From contig JAUSEX010000031.1 of assembly GCA_030649895.1 (NCBI GenBank), positions 2,620 through 66,619 of the forward strand: a stretch of DNA of 64,000 nucleotides. Reading direction: 5' to 3'. The position numbers and the translations under genes are program-made. The DNA is from Candidatus Omnitrophota bacterium (GTDB lineage: Bacteria; Omnitrophota; Gorgyraeia; Gorgyraeales; Gorgyraeaceae). Within the stretch, counting starts at the first letter, position 1; each line of letters starts with the position of its first letter. Below are positions 50,601-59,986 of the stretch, piece by piece. The notes below the pieces were generated by a model. It was not told where the DNA came from. It made no database searches and worked only from the letters and a program-made list of their open reading frames with translations.

Positions 50601-50910
50601 TGCGTTTTTAAAGTCTGGCTGTCCGGTGGGATGGTTTTTTTCTTTAATATTAGCCAAGGGTGAAGTAAGCATTTGCTGTCATTTGCGCGTTGTTGATCAT
50701 TTAAAACTCAAATCTTTTGAAGATATATGGAAATCTGAATCTTATAATAAATTCAGAAGTCAAGCCAAGTATTTAGCAAAAAACAAAAATATTGTTTTTA
50801 ACAATAATATGAAACTATATGATGAATTTTGCAATCATTGCGATACTCATCAGGTTATTTTAAGGATTTATGACTTGCTTCAAAAGTATAATCTGCATAA
50901 ATTTTTATAA
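47689..50910 (+). CDS. Large radical SAM/SPASM protein with two N-terminal beta-rich repeats and coiled coils
   Basis: CNTNCIHC, GDGEP, TNG, SPASM CPVGW..CCH..CNHC; N-terminal duplication. Confidence 0.88.
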   Translation: MNEDGGYRMNSWTAKFKNKIYAFEKIFKQKRTSFRTIYNGTLRLFLDENNRLRIYYKDNELTKVSGLNTNILSEANWHSSLDSIVNNIEKLSSEEMIIHLKHSQLPLVQAWHLKCNSEDTLSWEVNMHIKKPLRIDCMKASLFLSKAYEDWIIPAKQDTFPPFSDFQWKSMNSFEDKAGFIGLASSLEEFPGMSLKSSDNSKASLIIQNTDINLSSRVLEIQCEDKKEFYQPGTYSFLKATIQFYPDKNVLKNILKEIKEQEQKKQDELMLQEEERLKKAKEEDHKLRTLQSGPFRLHIDQHNRFHLYYKEQELTKGVGINMGILSEGNWYAACDSRIEIKRPSSNKMLVQFIYNKLPVICSWQIDFKPEGVFTWVIDISFKESLRIDRSNVSLFLSKSYDNWIAPPEEGSFSSSFGPGWQRMNTHKDNAEFTGLYSSSEEFPDVICKSSKDSKASLIIQNTDINLSSRVLEIQCEDKKEFYQPGTYPFLKATIQFYPDKNVLKNILKEIKEQERKKQEQEQKRLQELERLRQEEERLKQEQEQKKQEENHKQNEFKKIYMLLKEDEKDFPLIEDNDVYVYGDCEDLHDKIASQQGNFNNLISRIETAKKKGLKVNIKIGVSKFNFFKLDTIIQFYSRLLNSRIDLRSVSLNFLPAKNIFYYFAEYIKQLNMQLESSNIGLFLRDKELPGLLWAISSQADQYNEKDLLRLLGVITEHAFIGPQTIVLDINHSCNTNCIHCWIHTPKRKASLQLSNLKMDISLYKNIIDDAANLLCDEIIIQGDGEPLLDDRFLEMTCYARDKGLKVLFFTNGILLDKEKAGRIIDLEVNEIFCSLPAGTDKTYALVNPGHSKDTFHHIAANLKNLSLMRKKSGKNKPLLQMSHVIHNLNYHELEEMAELDAYIGADKTRFYLARLDENIDFLKLSPRHIKIIKESLKKTAPYLKSKHVELQDNIYFQLENYNSTTGYWSKNAFLKSGCPVGWFFSLILAKGEVSICCHLRVVDHLKLKSFEDIWKSESYNKFRSQAKYLAKNKNIVFNNNMKLYDEFCNHCDTHQVILRIYDLLQKYNLHKFL
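48289..49244 (+). repeat. 200 bp near-identical direct repeat (48289-48488 and 49045-49244)
   Basis: Two mismatches by eye; offset 756 bp keeps frame. Confidence 0.9.
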
Positions 50911-50922
50911 AGGATTTTAGCT

Positions 50923-53115
50923 ATGAAAATAGTCCTTGCTAATTTGCCATGGAATAGTTTTGGAAAAGTAGGGGTTCGGGCAGGTTCGAGATGGCCGCAT
51001 TTAAAAGGCCGTACTGAAAAGCATTATTTACCTTTTCCTTTTTTCTTGGCGTATACGGCAGCTTTGCTTAAAGAAAATGATTTTGACGTGAAGTTGATTG
51101 ATGCTATTGCCGAGAAAAGATCGTATAAGGGGTTTTTGGGCGACATAAAAAAACTTAAGCCGCGCATCCTTATCTGCGAAACTTCAACGGTTACCTTGGA
51201 GCATGATATAAAATTTTTAGAAAAGATAAAGAAAGAGGTTTCGGGTATTTTTTTTGTAATTTGCGGCCCTGATATCAATATAAGGCAACCTGCTTTTCTT
51301 GAAAAATATAGATTTATAGACGCTGTCCTTGCCGGAGAATACGAATTTACAGTTCTTGACTTGGTCAGGTGCATCCGGGAAAATAAGGAGTTAAATAATA
51401 CGCCGGGCATTATATATCGCGATTCAAATAATGTTAAGGTTAATCCATTCCGCCCCCTGATTAACCTGGATAAATTGCCATGGCCATTGAGAAAAGGGCT
51501 GCCTATGGGCATGTATAATGATACGCCAGGGGATATGCCTATACCGTCAGCGCAAATGCTTGCCAGCCGCGGTTGCCCTTATAGATGCAAATTCTGTCTT
51601 TGGCCTCAAGTTATGTATCAAAGCAATAGTTACAGGGCCAGGGATATAATTGACGTGGTGGATGAAATGGAATATTTAATAAAAGAGATGCATTTTAAAT
51701 CAATATATTTTGATGACGATACTTTCAATGTGGGCAAGGGTCGGATGTTAAAGTTGTGCGATGAGATAAAAAAGCGGAAGCTGGATATTCCTTGGGCAAT
51801 AATGGCAAGGGCTGATTTGATGGATAGGGAAATTTTAGAAAAAATGAGAGAGACAGGATTATTTGCGGTTAAGTATGGAGTAGAATCTGCGTCACAAGAA
51901 CTTTTGGATAATATAAATAAGAATATGGATATTAAGAAAACAGAAGAAATTATAAGGCTTACAAAGAAGCTGGGCATTAAAACTCATTTGACGTTTACAT
52001 TCGGCCTTCCCGGCGAAACTAAAGAAACTATACGAAAAACAATAGATTTTGCGTTAAGATTAGACCCTGCTACTATCCAATTTTCCATAGCTACGCCTTT
52101 TCCAGGGACATCTTTTTATGAAGAGATGATGGCGAAAGGCCATATTATTTCCGAAAATTGGACAGAGTATGACGGGAATCATAAAAGCGTCATAGGTTTA
52201 CCTGATACCACAAAAAAAGACCTTGAATTTGCCATAAGGTCTGCTTATAAAGAGTGGGCTGTTCATTGTTCTAGAAGAAATACATTTAAGAAATTAGGTT
52301 ATTACCAGTTAATGTCAAAATCATTAAAGGTGCATGGAATTTTTATAACATTTTTTAAGATTATAAGATTTTTAACACGATATTTGTTTCTATATCTCAA
52401 AGAAAAAATATTTTTTAAAAAAGAGATAGAAAATAAGACAAAAGAAAATGGCCTTAAAATCGGCAGATTAATATTAATATTTAATGGCAACGGCCTGGTA
52501 TTGTATTGGGATGATATGCGGTTGACGAAAGGAGAAGGTTTCGCAAGTTTATTTAGTTTTCAAGGAAAATTATCGCAAAAACTTTTTAATCAATGTTGGA
52601 ATTTTGAAAGGGTAAATAATAATGAGCTGTTACTTACAAGGAGCCAAGATGGCGTTGGTATGGATGAGACATGGAGGCTGAAGATTATAGATGAAAAGCA
52701 GATTGATTGGGAGATAGAGATTAATTTAAAGAATGAAATTGAATTTAGCGCCAAAAAGGCCATGCTTATTTTGTCAAGCAGGTATCGTACGTGGATAGAT
52801 AGCTGGGGCGAAGGCAGGTTCTATCCTATGACAGATTATAGAAATGTAGAATTAAGAAATCCTAGCACCGGTTTTATAGGGTTAAGAGGGCGCAAAAAAC
52901 TAAAAGGCCAACTGCCAACTATCTTGCTGGAATTATCAGGAAATAATGGCAGCTATTTACCTTTTATCAAAAATGCCAAGTCGATTTTTGGCGCCAGGGT
53001 GCTTGAGGCGCAGATAAAAAACTTCAACGGGCATGGTGAAAAATATTTGCCTGGCGCATATAAATTATTTTCTGGAAGAATAAAGATTGTAGAAGAAGAT
53101 TTTAGCAAGAGATAA
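50923..53115 (+). CDS. B12-binding radical SAM protein (HpnJ-like) with C-terminal beta-rich domain
   Basis: RAGSRWP, SRGCPYRCKFC, FDDDTF, GVESA, GLPGET, PFPGT. Confidence 0.9.
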   Translation: MKIVLANLPWNSFGKVGVRAGSRWPHLKGRTEKHYLPFPFFLAYTAALLKENDFDVKLIDAIAEKRSYKGFLGDIKKLKPRILICETSTVTLEHDIKFLEKIKKEVSGIFFVICGPDINIRQPAFLEKYRFIDAVLAGEYEFTVLDLVRCIRENKELNNTPGIIYRDSNNVKVNPFRPLINLDKLPWPLRKGLPMGMYNDTPGDMPIPSAQMLASRGCPYRCKFCLWPQVMYQSNSYRARDIIDVVDEMEYLIKEMHFKSIYFDDDTFNVGKGRMLKLCDEIKKRKLDIPWAIMARADLMDREILEKMRETGLFAVKYGVESASQELLDNINKNMDIKKTEEIIRLTKKLGIKTHLTFTFGLPGETKETIRKTIDFALRLDPATIQFSIATPFPGTSFYEEMMAKGHIISENWTEYDGNHKSVIGLPDTTKKDLEFAIRSAYKEWAVHCSRRNTFKKLGYYQLMSKSLKVHGIFITFFKIIRFLTRYLFLYLKEKIFFKKEIENKTKENGLKIGRLILIFNGNGLVLYWDDMRLTKGEGFASLFSFQGKLSQKLFNQCWNFERVNNNELLLTRSQDGVGMDETWRLKIIDEKQIDWEIEINLKNEIEFSAKKAMLILSSRYRTWIDSWGEGRFYPMTDYRNVELRNPSTGFIGLRGRKKLKGQLPTILLELSGNNGSYLPFIKNAKSIFGARVLEAQIKNFNGHGEKYLPGAYKLFSGRIKIVEEDFSKR

Positions 53116-53119
53116 TGAT

Positions 53120-54379
53120 ATGAAAAATATTTTCTATAATTGCACTAACGTTTTTAGAATTAAAAGGCTTTTTGGGAACTATATTGATACTATTAGTGTT
53201 TTTGACGGCTTATACGCATATAGAGGCCCTGGTTTCGCACAGATAGATTTAACGAACAACTGCAATAATGATTGCATAGGCTGTTGGTGTAATTCCCCTC
53301 TTTTGGAGGAAAAAAAGATTGATCCTGAGATAAAAAAACAAAGCCTTCCTTTCAAAAGGGTTATAAAGTTGATAGATGAGCTCTATAAAATGGGGGCTAG
53401 CCACATATATTATGCGGGTGGAGGAGAACCATTTATGCATCCTCAGATTATGGATATTCTCAGATATACAAAAAAGAAAGGGTTTACATGCTATGTTAAT
53501 ACGAATTTTACTTTAGTTGATGAAAAGGCCGTGAAAGAGTTAGTGGGTTTAAAAATAGATCATTTGACCGTGAGCGTTTGGGCAGGAACGCCGCAAGTTT
53601 ATTCTACCACTCACCCTAGTAAAAACGAAGATACGTTTTATAAAATAAAAGAAATGTTGAAGTTGCTAAATACGATTAAGCATAAATATCCTATAATAAA
53701 ACTTTATAATGTTATTTTCAATATGAACTATCATAGCATAGAAACAATGGTTGAGTTTGCTGCCCAAACTGGTTCGGAAACAGTAGAATTTACCGTTATA
53801 GATACGATACCAGGAAAAACGGATAAATTATTACTAAACGACAAAGAGGCGCGCAGTTTGCTTGATGACTGCGGAAGATTAAAGGAAAAATACGGAGATT
53901 TTAAAAATAATGTTCAATTGCTGGGATTTGAGCAATTTATGCGCAGGATTTCAAATATTGATGCTGTATCTGCGGAATATGATTCAAACATTATAGGGAA
54001 GATACCTTGCTATGCAGGGTGGGCATTTGTAAGGATATTAGCGGATGGCAATGTTAATTCATGCCTTAAGTCGCATAGATTTCCGGTTGGAAATATACTT
54101 GGCCAGGATTTTCGTAAGATTTGGAACGGTTCATTGCAGAGGCGTTTTAGGGAGAAAACAGCGGAGTTTAAACAAGGAGATTCTTTCTTTTCCTTGATCG
54201 GCAATGACCCTGATTCTAATATGGGTTGCTATAAAAGCTGTGATAATATAGGACATAACATGAATATGCACGGCAAATTTACTTCACTTAATAAATTAGA
54301 GAGAAATGCCTTAAAAGGCATAGCTAATATCATGAAAACCATAAGGAAAATCAAGGAGGCGGCAAATGGCAGAAACTAA
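53120..54379 (+). CDS. Radical SAM/SPASM protein
   Basis: GP..AQIDLTNNCNNDCIGC, GGGEP, PCYAGW..ADGNVNSC..CYKSCD; same subtype as catalytic part of 47689. Confidence 0.92.
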   Translation: MKNIFYNCTNVFRIKRLFGNYIDTISVFDGLYAYRGPGFAQIDLTNNCNNDCIGCWCNSPLLEEKKIDPEIKKQSLPFKRVIKLIDELYKMGASHIYYAGGGEPFMHPQIMDILRYTKKKGFTCYVNTNFTLVDEKAVKELVGLKIDHLTVSVWAGTPQVYSTTHPSKNEDTFYKIKEMLKLLNTIKHKYPIIKLYNVIFNMNYHSIETMVEFAAQTGSETVEFTVIDTIPGKTDKLLLNDKEARSLLDDCGRLKEKYGDFKNNVQLLGFEQFMRRISNIDAVSAEYDSNIIGKIPCYAGWAFVRILADGNVNSCLKSHRFPVGNILGQDFRKIWNGSLQRRFREKTAEFKQGDSFFSLIGNDPDSNMGCYKSCDNIGHNMNMHGKFTSLNKLERNALKGIANIMKTIRKIKEAANGRN

Positions 54380-54515
54380 TTTACAAAAGTTTGTTAAACA
54401 TTGCAAGGCAGGCGGGTTATTTTATGCTATTAGTAGAGGCGTTAAATATGTAACTTGGCGCAATAAATGTAAAAAAATGGGTATAGACTGTGGAAAATTC
54501 AGCAGAGAAAGATAG
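54366..54515 (+). CDS. 49-aa basic Cys/aromatic peptide (below ORF-track cutoff)
   Basis: AAGGAGG SD, ATG overlapping upstream gene end, fills the gap: MAETNLQKFVKHCKAGGLFYAISRGVKYVTWRNKCKKMGIDCGKFSRER. Confidence 0.7.
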   Translation: MAETNLQKFVKHCKAGGLFYAISRGVKYVTWRNKCKKMGIDCGKFSRER

Positions 54516-54537
54516 CTGTATTAAAAAAAGGTGATTT

Positions 54538-55587
54538 TTGGAATATCTTAAAGAGTTGCTCGGGACTAAAAAATGTTTCGATAGAAAGATATTGGAATTT
54601 TCCTGTTTTGGCATAACTGATGATTGTATCTTAAAATGCAAGATGTGCCATAAATGGAAAGAGGATATATTTATTAAAAAAAAGGCAAAGATCCCCTCTT
54701 TGAAAGATTGGAAGAATTGCGTTAGTTCTATTAGGGGCATCACTGATGATTCTTTTCAGATAAACTTTGGCGGAGGAGAGCCATTTTTAAATAAAGATAT
54801 CTTGGAATTAGTCAGGTTCTGTAAATCAAAAAACTTTAAGACAAATATAGCTACTAATGGATATCTTATAGATCAAGAGATGGCTAAAAAGATAGCGGAT
54901 TCCGGATTGGACAGCGTTATCTTATCATTAGATAGTCTGGATGAAAATACGCATGATTATTTGAGAGGCGTAAAGGGTGTTTTTAGCAGAGTCATGGATG
55001 GCATGGCGCATCTCGATAAATATTGTAACGGTATTTATAAGGGCATATGCTGCGCGATATATGAAAAGAACTTAGATGGCATATTGAATCTTATGGAGTG
55101 GGTAGATAATGATTCCAGAATAAATTCCATTTATTTCATGGCTTGCATGCAGCCGAATAATACTCTGGTAGATCCGGGGTGGCATAAAAAAGATGAATTT
55201 AATTTTCTTTGGCCGAAAGATTCAAAAAAGATCTCTGGTGTAATAGACAAGCTTATAGAGCATAAAAAAAATAATTCCAAAATAACCAATCAAATTTGTC
55301 AATTAGAAGCATTTAAGTTATACTACCGGTGTCCGGAGAAATTTGTCAAGAATACAAAATGCAATATGGATAGAGCTGTTCATATCAGTTCTTGCGGCGA
55401 TATATTTCTTTGCTATAGATGGCCTTTATTAGGCAATATTCAGACAGATGATCTAGCCGAGGTCCTGGGCTCAGAAAAAGCCGGGCGTATAAAGCAAGAT
55501 ATAGCCGGCTGTAAAGATAACTGCCATTTTTTGCTTAATTGTTTTTTTAAAGATGAATATCCTTTTGAATCAGAAACCAAAAAATAA
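54538..55587 (+). CDS. Radical SAM/SPASM protein, paralog 3
   Basis: CILKCKMC, GGGEP, HDYLRG, CKDNCHFLLNC. Confidence 0.92.
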   Translation: MEYLKELLGTKKCFDRKILEFSCFGITDDCILKCKMCHKWKEDIFIKKKAKIPSLKDWKNCVSSIRGITDDSFQINFGGGEPFLNKDILELVRFCKSKNFKTNIATNGYLIDQEMAKKIADSGLDSVILSLDSLDENTHDYLRGVKGVFSRVMDGMAHLDKYCNGIYKGICCAIYEKNLDGILNLMEWVDNDSRINSIYFMACMQPNNTLVDPGWHKKDEFNFLWPKDSKKISGVIDKLIEHKKNNSKITNQICQLEAFKLYYRCPEKFVKNTKCNMDRAVHISSCGDIFLCYRWPLLGNIQTDDLAEVLGSEKAGRIKQDIAGCKDNCHFLLNCFFKDEYPFESETKK

Positions 55588-55610
55588 ATTATATACGAAA
55601 GGAATTTTAA

Positions 55611-56669
55611 ATGAAAAGCAATGTTAAGAATAGCCTTACAAGGCAAGATGTGCCTGCGGTATTAAAACCAGGTTTTTGCTGTATAGGTATCGTTGATACG
55701 TGTATGTTAAAATGCCAGATGTGCCACAAATGGCAGGATGATCCTGGCACCATTGGTTTTTCTCAGCCTACTACTGACGAGTGGAAAATGTTTATCAGGC
55801 AGTTAAGAGACTTGGTGGATGAAGGGTTTGAGATTGATTTTGGAGGCGGGGAAGCTTTGATGAGAAATGATGTTTTGGATCTGGTATCTTATGCCAAGAG
55901 TTTAGGGTTTAGAAACGCCATAGCTTCAAATGGCTACCTTATTAATGAAGACATGGCAAAAAGGATAGTGGATTCCGGGTTAGACAGCATAGTTTTATCA
56001 TTAGACAGCTTAAAACCCGAGGTCCATGATCGAATGCGCGGTGTAAAAGGCGTTACAGAAAGGGTATTTAAGGCTATTGAATTCTTAAGAAAATATTCAA
56101 AAGATATACACATAGGGATATGCACGATAATAATGGAACAGAGCCTTGGCGGCATTATAGACTTGGCTGAATGGGTAAATACTAATAGGGACAAGATGAA
56201 CTCGATTCTTTTTATGGCTCCCATGCAGCAAAATAATACGCCTTTTGATCCTGGATGGTTCAAGAAAACAGAATATAATTTTATATGGCCAAAAGACAAT
56301 AAAAAAACCCAGAATGTCCTTGATGAGTTAATAAGACGCAGAAAATTGGGACATTGGATAGGCGATTCAGTGGTGCAATTAGAGGCTTTTAAAGCATATT
56401 TTGAAAACCCTGCCAGGTTTGTGAAAAAAAGCCCTTGCAATCTGGACAGGGCTATACATGCGAGTTCCATTGGTGATGTATTCTTTTGTTATCGTTACGG
56501 CCTTTTAGGCAATATAAAAAATGGGGATGATATAAGGGAAATATGGCATTCAGGATCAGCCGACAGGGTCAGGACTGATATTAAAAAATGCCAGCATAAT
56601 TGCCACTTTTTGCTTAACTGTTTTTTTGAAGGCGATTATCCCTTTACGGTAGGAGGAGAGGGGGGTTGA
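55611..56669 (+). CDS. Radical SAM/SPASM protein, paralog 4
   Basis: CMLKCQMC, GGGEA, HDRMRG, CQHNCHFLLNC. Confidence 0.92.
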   Translation: MKSNVKNSLTRQDVPAVLKPGFCCIGIVDTCMLKCQMCHKWQDDPGTIGFSQPTTDEWKMFIRQLRDLVDEGFEIDFGGGEALMRNDVLDLVSYAKSLGFRNAIASNGYLINEDMAKRIVDSGLDSIVLSLDSLKPEVHDRMRGVKGVTERVFKAIEFLRKYSKDIHIGICTIIMEQSLGGIIDLAEWVNTNRDKMNSILFMAPMQQNNTPFDPGWFKKTEYNFIWPKDNKKTQNVLDELIRRRKLGHWIGDSVVQLEAFKAYFENPARFVKKSPCNLDRAIHASSIGDVFFCYRYGLLGNIKNGDDIREIWHSGSADRVRTDIKKCQHNCHFLLNCFFEGDYPFTVGGEGG

Positions 56670-56670
56670 A

Positions 56671-57717
56671 ATGCCTGATTCTTGCGAAGTAAGATCGGAG
56701 AAAGAAACTTTAAATGAAAAAAATGTTCTAAAACCCAGTTTTTGCTGTGTAGCTGCTACGGATTATTGTATGTTACGCTGCAAGATGTGCAATAAGTGGC
56801 ATGAACCTGCCCCAAAGAAAGAGGAGTTGCCTTCTTTGGATGAGTGGAAAAATTTTATAGCCGGTTTTAGAGAATTGGTAGACGAAGGTTTTGAAATGGA
56901 TTTTGGGGGAGGCGAGGCGTTATCGATGCCAGGCATATTGGATTTAGTAAAATTTGCAAAACTAAAAGGGTTTAGGACAACTATGGCTTCAAATGGGTAT
57001 CTTATTGATATGGATATGGCTAAGAGAATCGCAGATGCAGGATTAGATGCCGTAAGCTTGTCTTTAGATAGCTATAACCCTGAGGTTCACGATAAAATGA
57101 GGGGAGTTAAAGGCGTTCATCAGCAGGTAATGAATGCTATAGATAATTTGACAAAATATTCTCCGCAAACAAGAAAAGGCCTTTGCTGTATTATCATGAA
57201 CGAAAATTTGGATGAAATCCTCAATCTTGTTGATTGGGCAAATGGCAATAAAAAAGTAGACTGGATATATTTTATGGTAGTAGTCCAGCCTAATTATAGC
57301 GGGCCGTTGACAGATAACTGGGTGGATGAGTATCAATATCTCTGGCCTAAAGATAAATCAAAGGTGCTTGCTGTTCTAGACGAGCTTATAATGCGAAAGA
57401 AAAATGGCTCCAAGGTAAGCAATAGGGTAGAGCATCTCAGGGCATACAAGGCGTATTTTAACAATCCGCAGAAATTAGTAAATAAGGCCAGATGCATTGT
57501 TGGCGGCAAGGCAATAAGCGTTAATGCTTATGGCTTTGTCCAACTCTGTCTTTTTAAGGATTTTATAGGAAATATAAGGCAGAATGATATCAGGGAATTA
57601 TGGCGTTCTCAGGATGCAAATTTAATAAGAAAAAAAGTAGATGAGTGCAAGACAAATTGTCATTTGCTTCTTAATTGTTGTTATATAGAAGATGAACCGT
57701 CTCTCTATTCGGATTAA
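56671..57717 (+). CDS. Radical SAM/SPASM protein, paralog 5
   Basis: CMLRCKMC, GGGEA, HDKMRG, CKTNCHLLLNC. Confidence 0.92.
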   Translation: MPDSCEVRSEKETLNEKNVLKPSFCCVAATDYCMLRCKMCNKWHEPAPKKEELPSLDEWKNFIAGFRELVDEGFEMDFGGGEALSMPGILDLVKFAKLKGFRTTMASNGYLIDMDMAKRIADAGLDAVSLSLDSYNPEVHDKMRGVKGVHQQVMNAIDNLTKYSPQTRKGLCCIIMNENLDEILNLVDWANGNKKVDWIYFMVVVQPNYSGPLTDNWVDEYQYLWPKDKSKVLAVLDELIMRKKNGSKVSNRVEHLRAYKAYFNNPQKLVNKARCIVGGKAISVNAYGFVQLCLFKDFIGNIRQNDIRELWRSQDANLIRKKVDECKTNCHLLLNCCYIEDEPSLYSD

Positions 57718-57731
57718 ATATCCTTGACCAG

Positions 57732-58739
57732 ATGAACCAGGACTTTCTCGTTCGCAAGCCTAAATACTGCTGCTGGGTTCTTAATTATCGCTGTATGTTA
57801 AGATGCAAGATGTGCTACATCTGGAATATCAAAGACGATAAAAGCCAGGAAACTACCATGGAGGAGAAAAAGAAATTTGTCAAATCCTTGCGCGGCATGG
57901 TAGGCCCTGATTTTGAATTTCACTTATCAGGCGGGGAGCCTTTAATGACAGAGGGGGTTTTGGATTTAGTTAGTTTTATTGCTGATGAAGGATATAAGAC
58001 AAATATGGTTACAAATGGCTTTCTTATCGATGAAAAAATGGCAGAAGATGTTATGAATTCTAAACTGGGGAGCGTTACTATTTCATTAGATGGAATAAAT
58101 CCAGATACCCATGATTATATCCGAGGCGTAAATGGCAGCTATTCCAGGATAATGGAAGCTATCGAATATCTGGATAGGTCTAGAAAAGATAAAAGCCCGA
58201 AAATCTCCATGTTGACTGTTATAATGGAACGCAATTTAGATGAGCTGCTTGAGCTTGCAGAATGGGTTCAACAGGATAAGAGGTTAGAGATGATAAGCTT
58301 TCAGGCAATAAACCAGCCTTTTTGCGAAGATATGGATAAAGAATGGTTCAGAGAAAATAAAAATAGTTTTCTATGGCCTCAGGATAAAGCAAAAACCAGC
58401 TTTATTATGGAGAGGCTTAGAGAATTAAGGTTAAAAGGGAATAAAATAGGGAATCACCATAATCATTTTTTGCATTTCAGGGAATATTTTAAGGATCCGA
58501 ACACATTTTTAAAGAAGATAAAATGCAATCTTGGAGATTATGAGTTTCATGTTGATCCGTACGGGAAGATGTTTTTCTGCTCTTTTACAGATTCGATGGG
58601 AAATATAAAAAAAGATGATATAAATAAAATCTGGTATTCGCCGGAAACAAAAAAAATAAGGCAGGATGTGTATAATTGCCGCAGAAACTGCCATATAATG
58701 ATTAATTGTTTTTATGAAGATGAAGCCTGCATTACGTAA
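57732..58739 (+). CDS. Radical SAM/SPASM protein, paralog 6
   Basis: CMLRCKMC, GGEP, HDYIRG, CRRNCHIMINC. Confidence 0.92.
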   Translation: MNQDFLVRKPKYCCWVLNYRCMLRCKMCYIWNIKDDKSQETTMEEKKKFVKSLRGMVGPDFEFHLSGGEPLMTEGVLDLVSFIADEGYKTNMVTNGFLIDEKMAEDVMNSKLGSVTISLDGINPDTHDYIRGVNGSYSRIMEAIEYLDRSRKDKSPKISMLTVIMERNLDELLELAEWVQQDKRLEMISFQAINQPFCEDMDKEWFRENKNSFLWPQDKAKTSFIMERLRELRLKGNKIGNHHNHFLHFREYFKDPNTFLKKIKCNLGDYEFHVDPYGKMFFCSFTDSMGNIKKDDINKIWYSPETKKIRQDVYNCRRNCHIMINCFYEDEACIT

Positions 58740-59982
58740 AACATTTTTTATAACAGTGCCAGCCGTATTGATTTTTCTCATCGTGCTGGAGTTATGCTTG
58801 AGGATGTGCGGGTATTTATATATACAGCGTCACAATCATGAAGCGCATACCAAAACAACGGAATTAAGTAAGGATAAACTCAGGATTCTTTGCTTGGGAG
58901 ATTCTTTTACTTTTGGCGTGGGGTCTAGTCCTGAAAACAATTATCCAAAGCAGTTAGAAAGAATATTGCAGGAAAATATCTCTGAGAAAATAAGCGTTAT
59001 TAATGGGGGCCGCCTTGCCAATACTTCATCGTTACTCTTAAAAAATTTACAAGAAAATATTAATAAATATTCTCCGTCTATCATAGTTGTAATGATAGGA
59101 ATGAATAATAGTTGGAACTTAGAAGGCAGCAGTTATTTTTTGTTAAATAGCAGCATAGGTTTACTGGAAAGACTGGAAAGAATGTCAAGCTCTTTCCGTA
59201 TATACAAATTATTAAAGATAGGATGGGTTAATTTTAAATATAAAATAGATGGAAATAAGAAAATAGCTTCTGCTAATAATTCGATTCGGAAAATAAAACC
59301 TGAATCATTAGAGTTATCCGCTATTGGCAATGAATTATTCTTAAAAGGGGAGTATATCCTGGCTATAGAGAAGTTGCAGGAGTCATTAAAAATAGATAAC
59401 AACAACTACGATGCGTATTTATTTTTAGCAGGTATGCGAAATACTCAGAAAGAATTTCAATTAGCTGAAAAAGAGATATGGCAAGCTATTAATTCGATAG
59501 ATGAATGGGACGATCATCTTATCTGCACAGTGCTTCTAGCCATCAATAGGCTTGGCGATAAGAAAGAAGCAGAATTAGTAAAACTGAAATCGTATTTTAA
59601 AAGTAAATATTATGGGAATAAAAAGAGCAGGCTACTTAAGATAATAGAGGCAGATTTAGATTTTTCAAAAAAAGAAACCATATCTAAAGTGCTGGAATAT
59701 GATTTGGAACGGATAGTTAGGTTGGCTAGGGAGAACAGAGTAACGCTTATTTTGCAGACTTATCCAAGGAGCATACTTGAGAATATTACTATAGAAACAA
59801 TAAGCCGAAAATATAATAGTTGCTTAGCAAACAACGAAATAATATTTAAAGAAAAGGCTCGAAGCGATTTTTTTGTTGCCGATGGCCATTGTAATGAGAA
59901 AGGATATGAATTAATTGCGGAAAATGTGTATGATATTTTGGTTAAAGAAGAAATGTTACCTAGAAAAAGAACAGGAGAATAG
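58714..59982 (+). CDS. Membrane-anchored SGNH/GDSL protein with TPR insertion
   Basis: TM + ELCLR, LGDSFTFG, GMNN, DGHCNEKGY; helical TPR-like middle. Confidence 0.88.
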   Translation: MKMKPALRKTFFITVPAVLIFLIVLELCLRMCGYLYIQRHNHEAHTKTTELSKDKLRILCLGDSFTFGVGSSPENNYPKQLERILQENISEKISVINGGRLANTSSLLLKNLQENINKYSPSIIVVMIGMNNSWNLEGSSYFLLNSSIGLLERLERMSSSFRIYKLLKIGWVNFKYKIDGNKKIASANNSIRKIKPESLELSAIGNELFLKGEYILAIEKLQESLKIDNNNYDAYLFLAGMRNTQKEFQLAEKEIWQAINSIDEWDDHLICTVLLAINRLGDKKEAELVKLKSYFKSKYYGNKKSRLLKIIEADLDFSKKETISKVLEYDLERIVRLARENRVTLILQTYPRSILENITIETISRKYNSCLANNEIIFKEKARSDFFVADGHCNEKGYELIAENVYDILVKEEMLPRKRTGE

Positions 59983-59986
59983 AATA

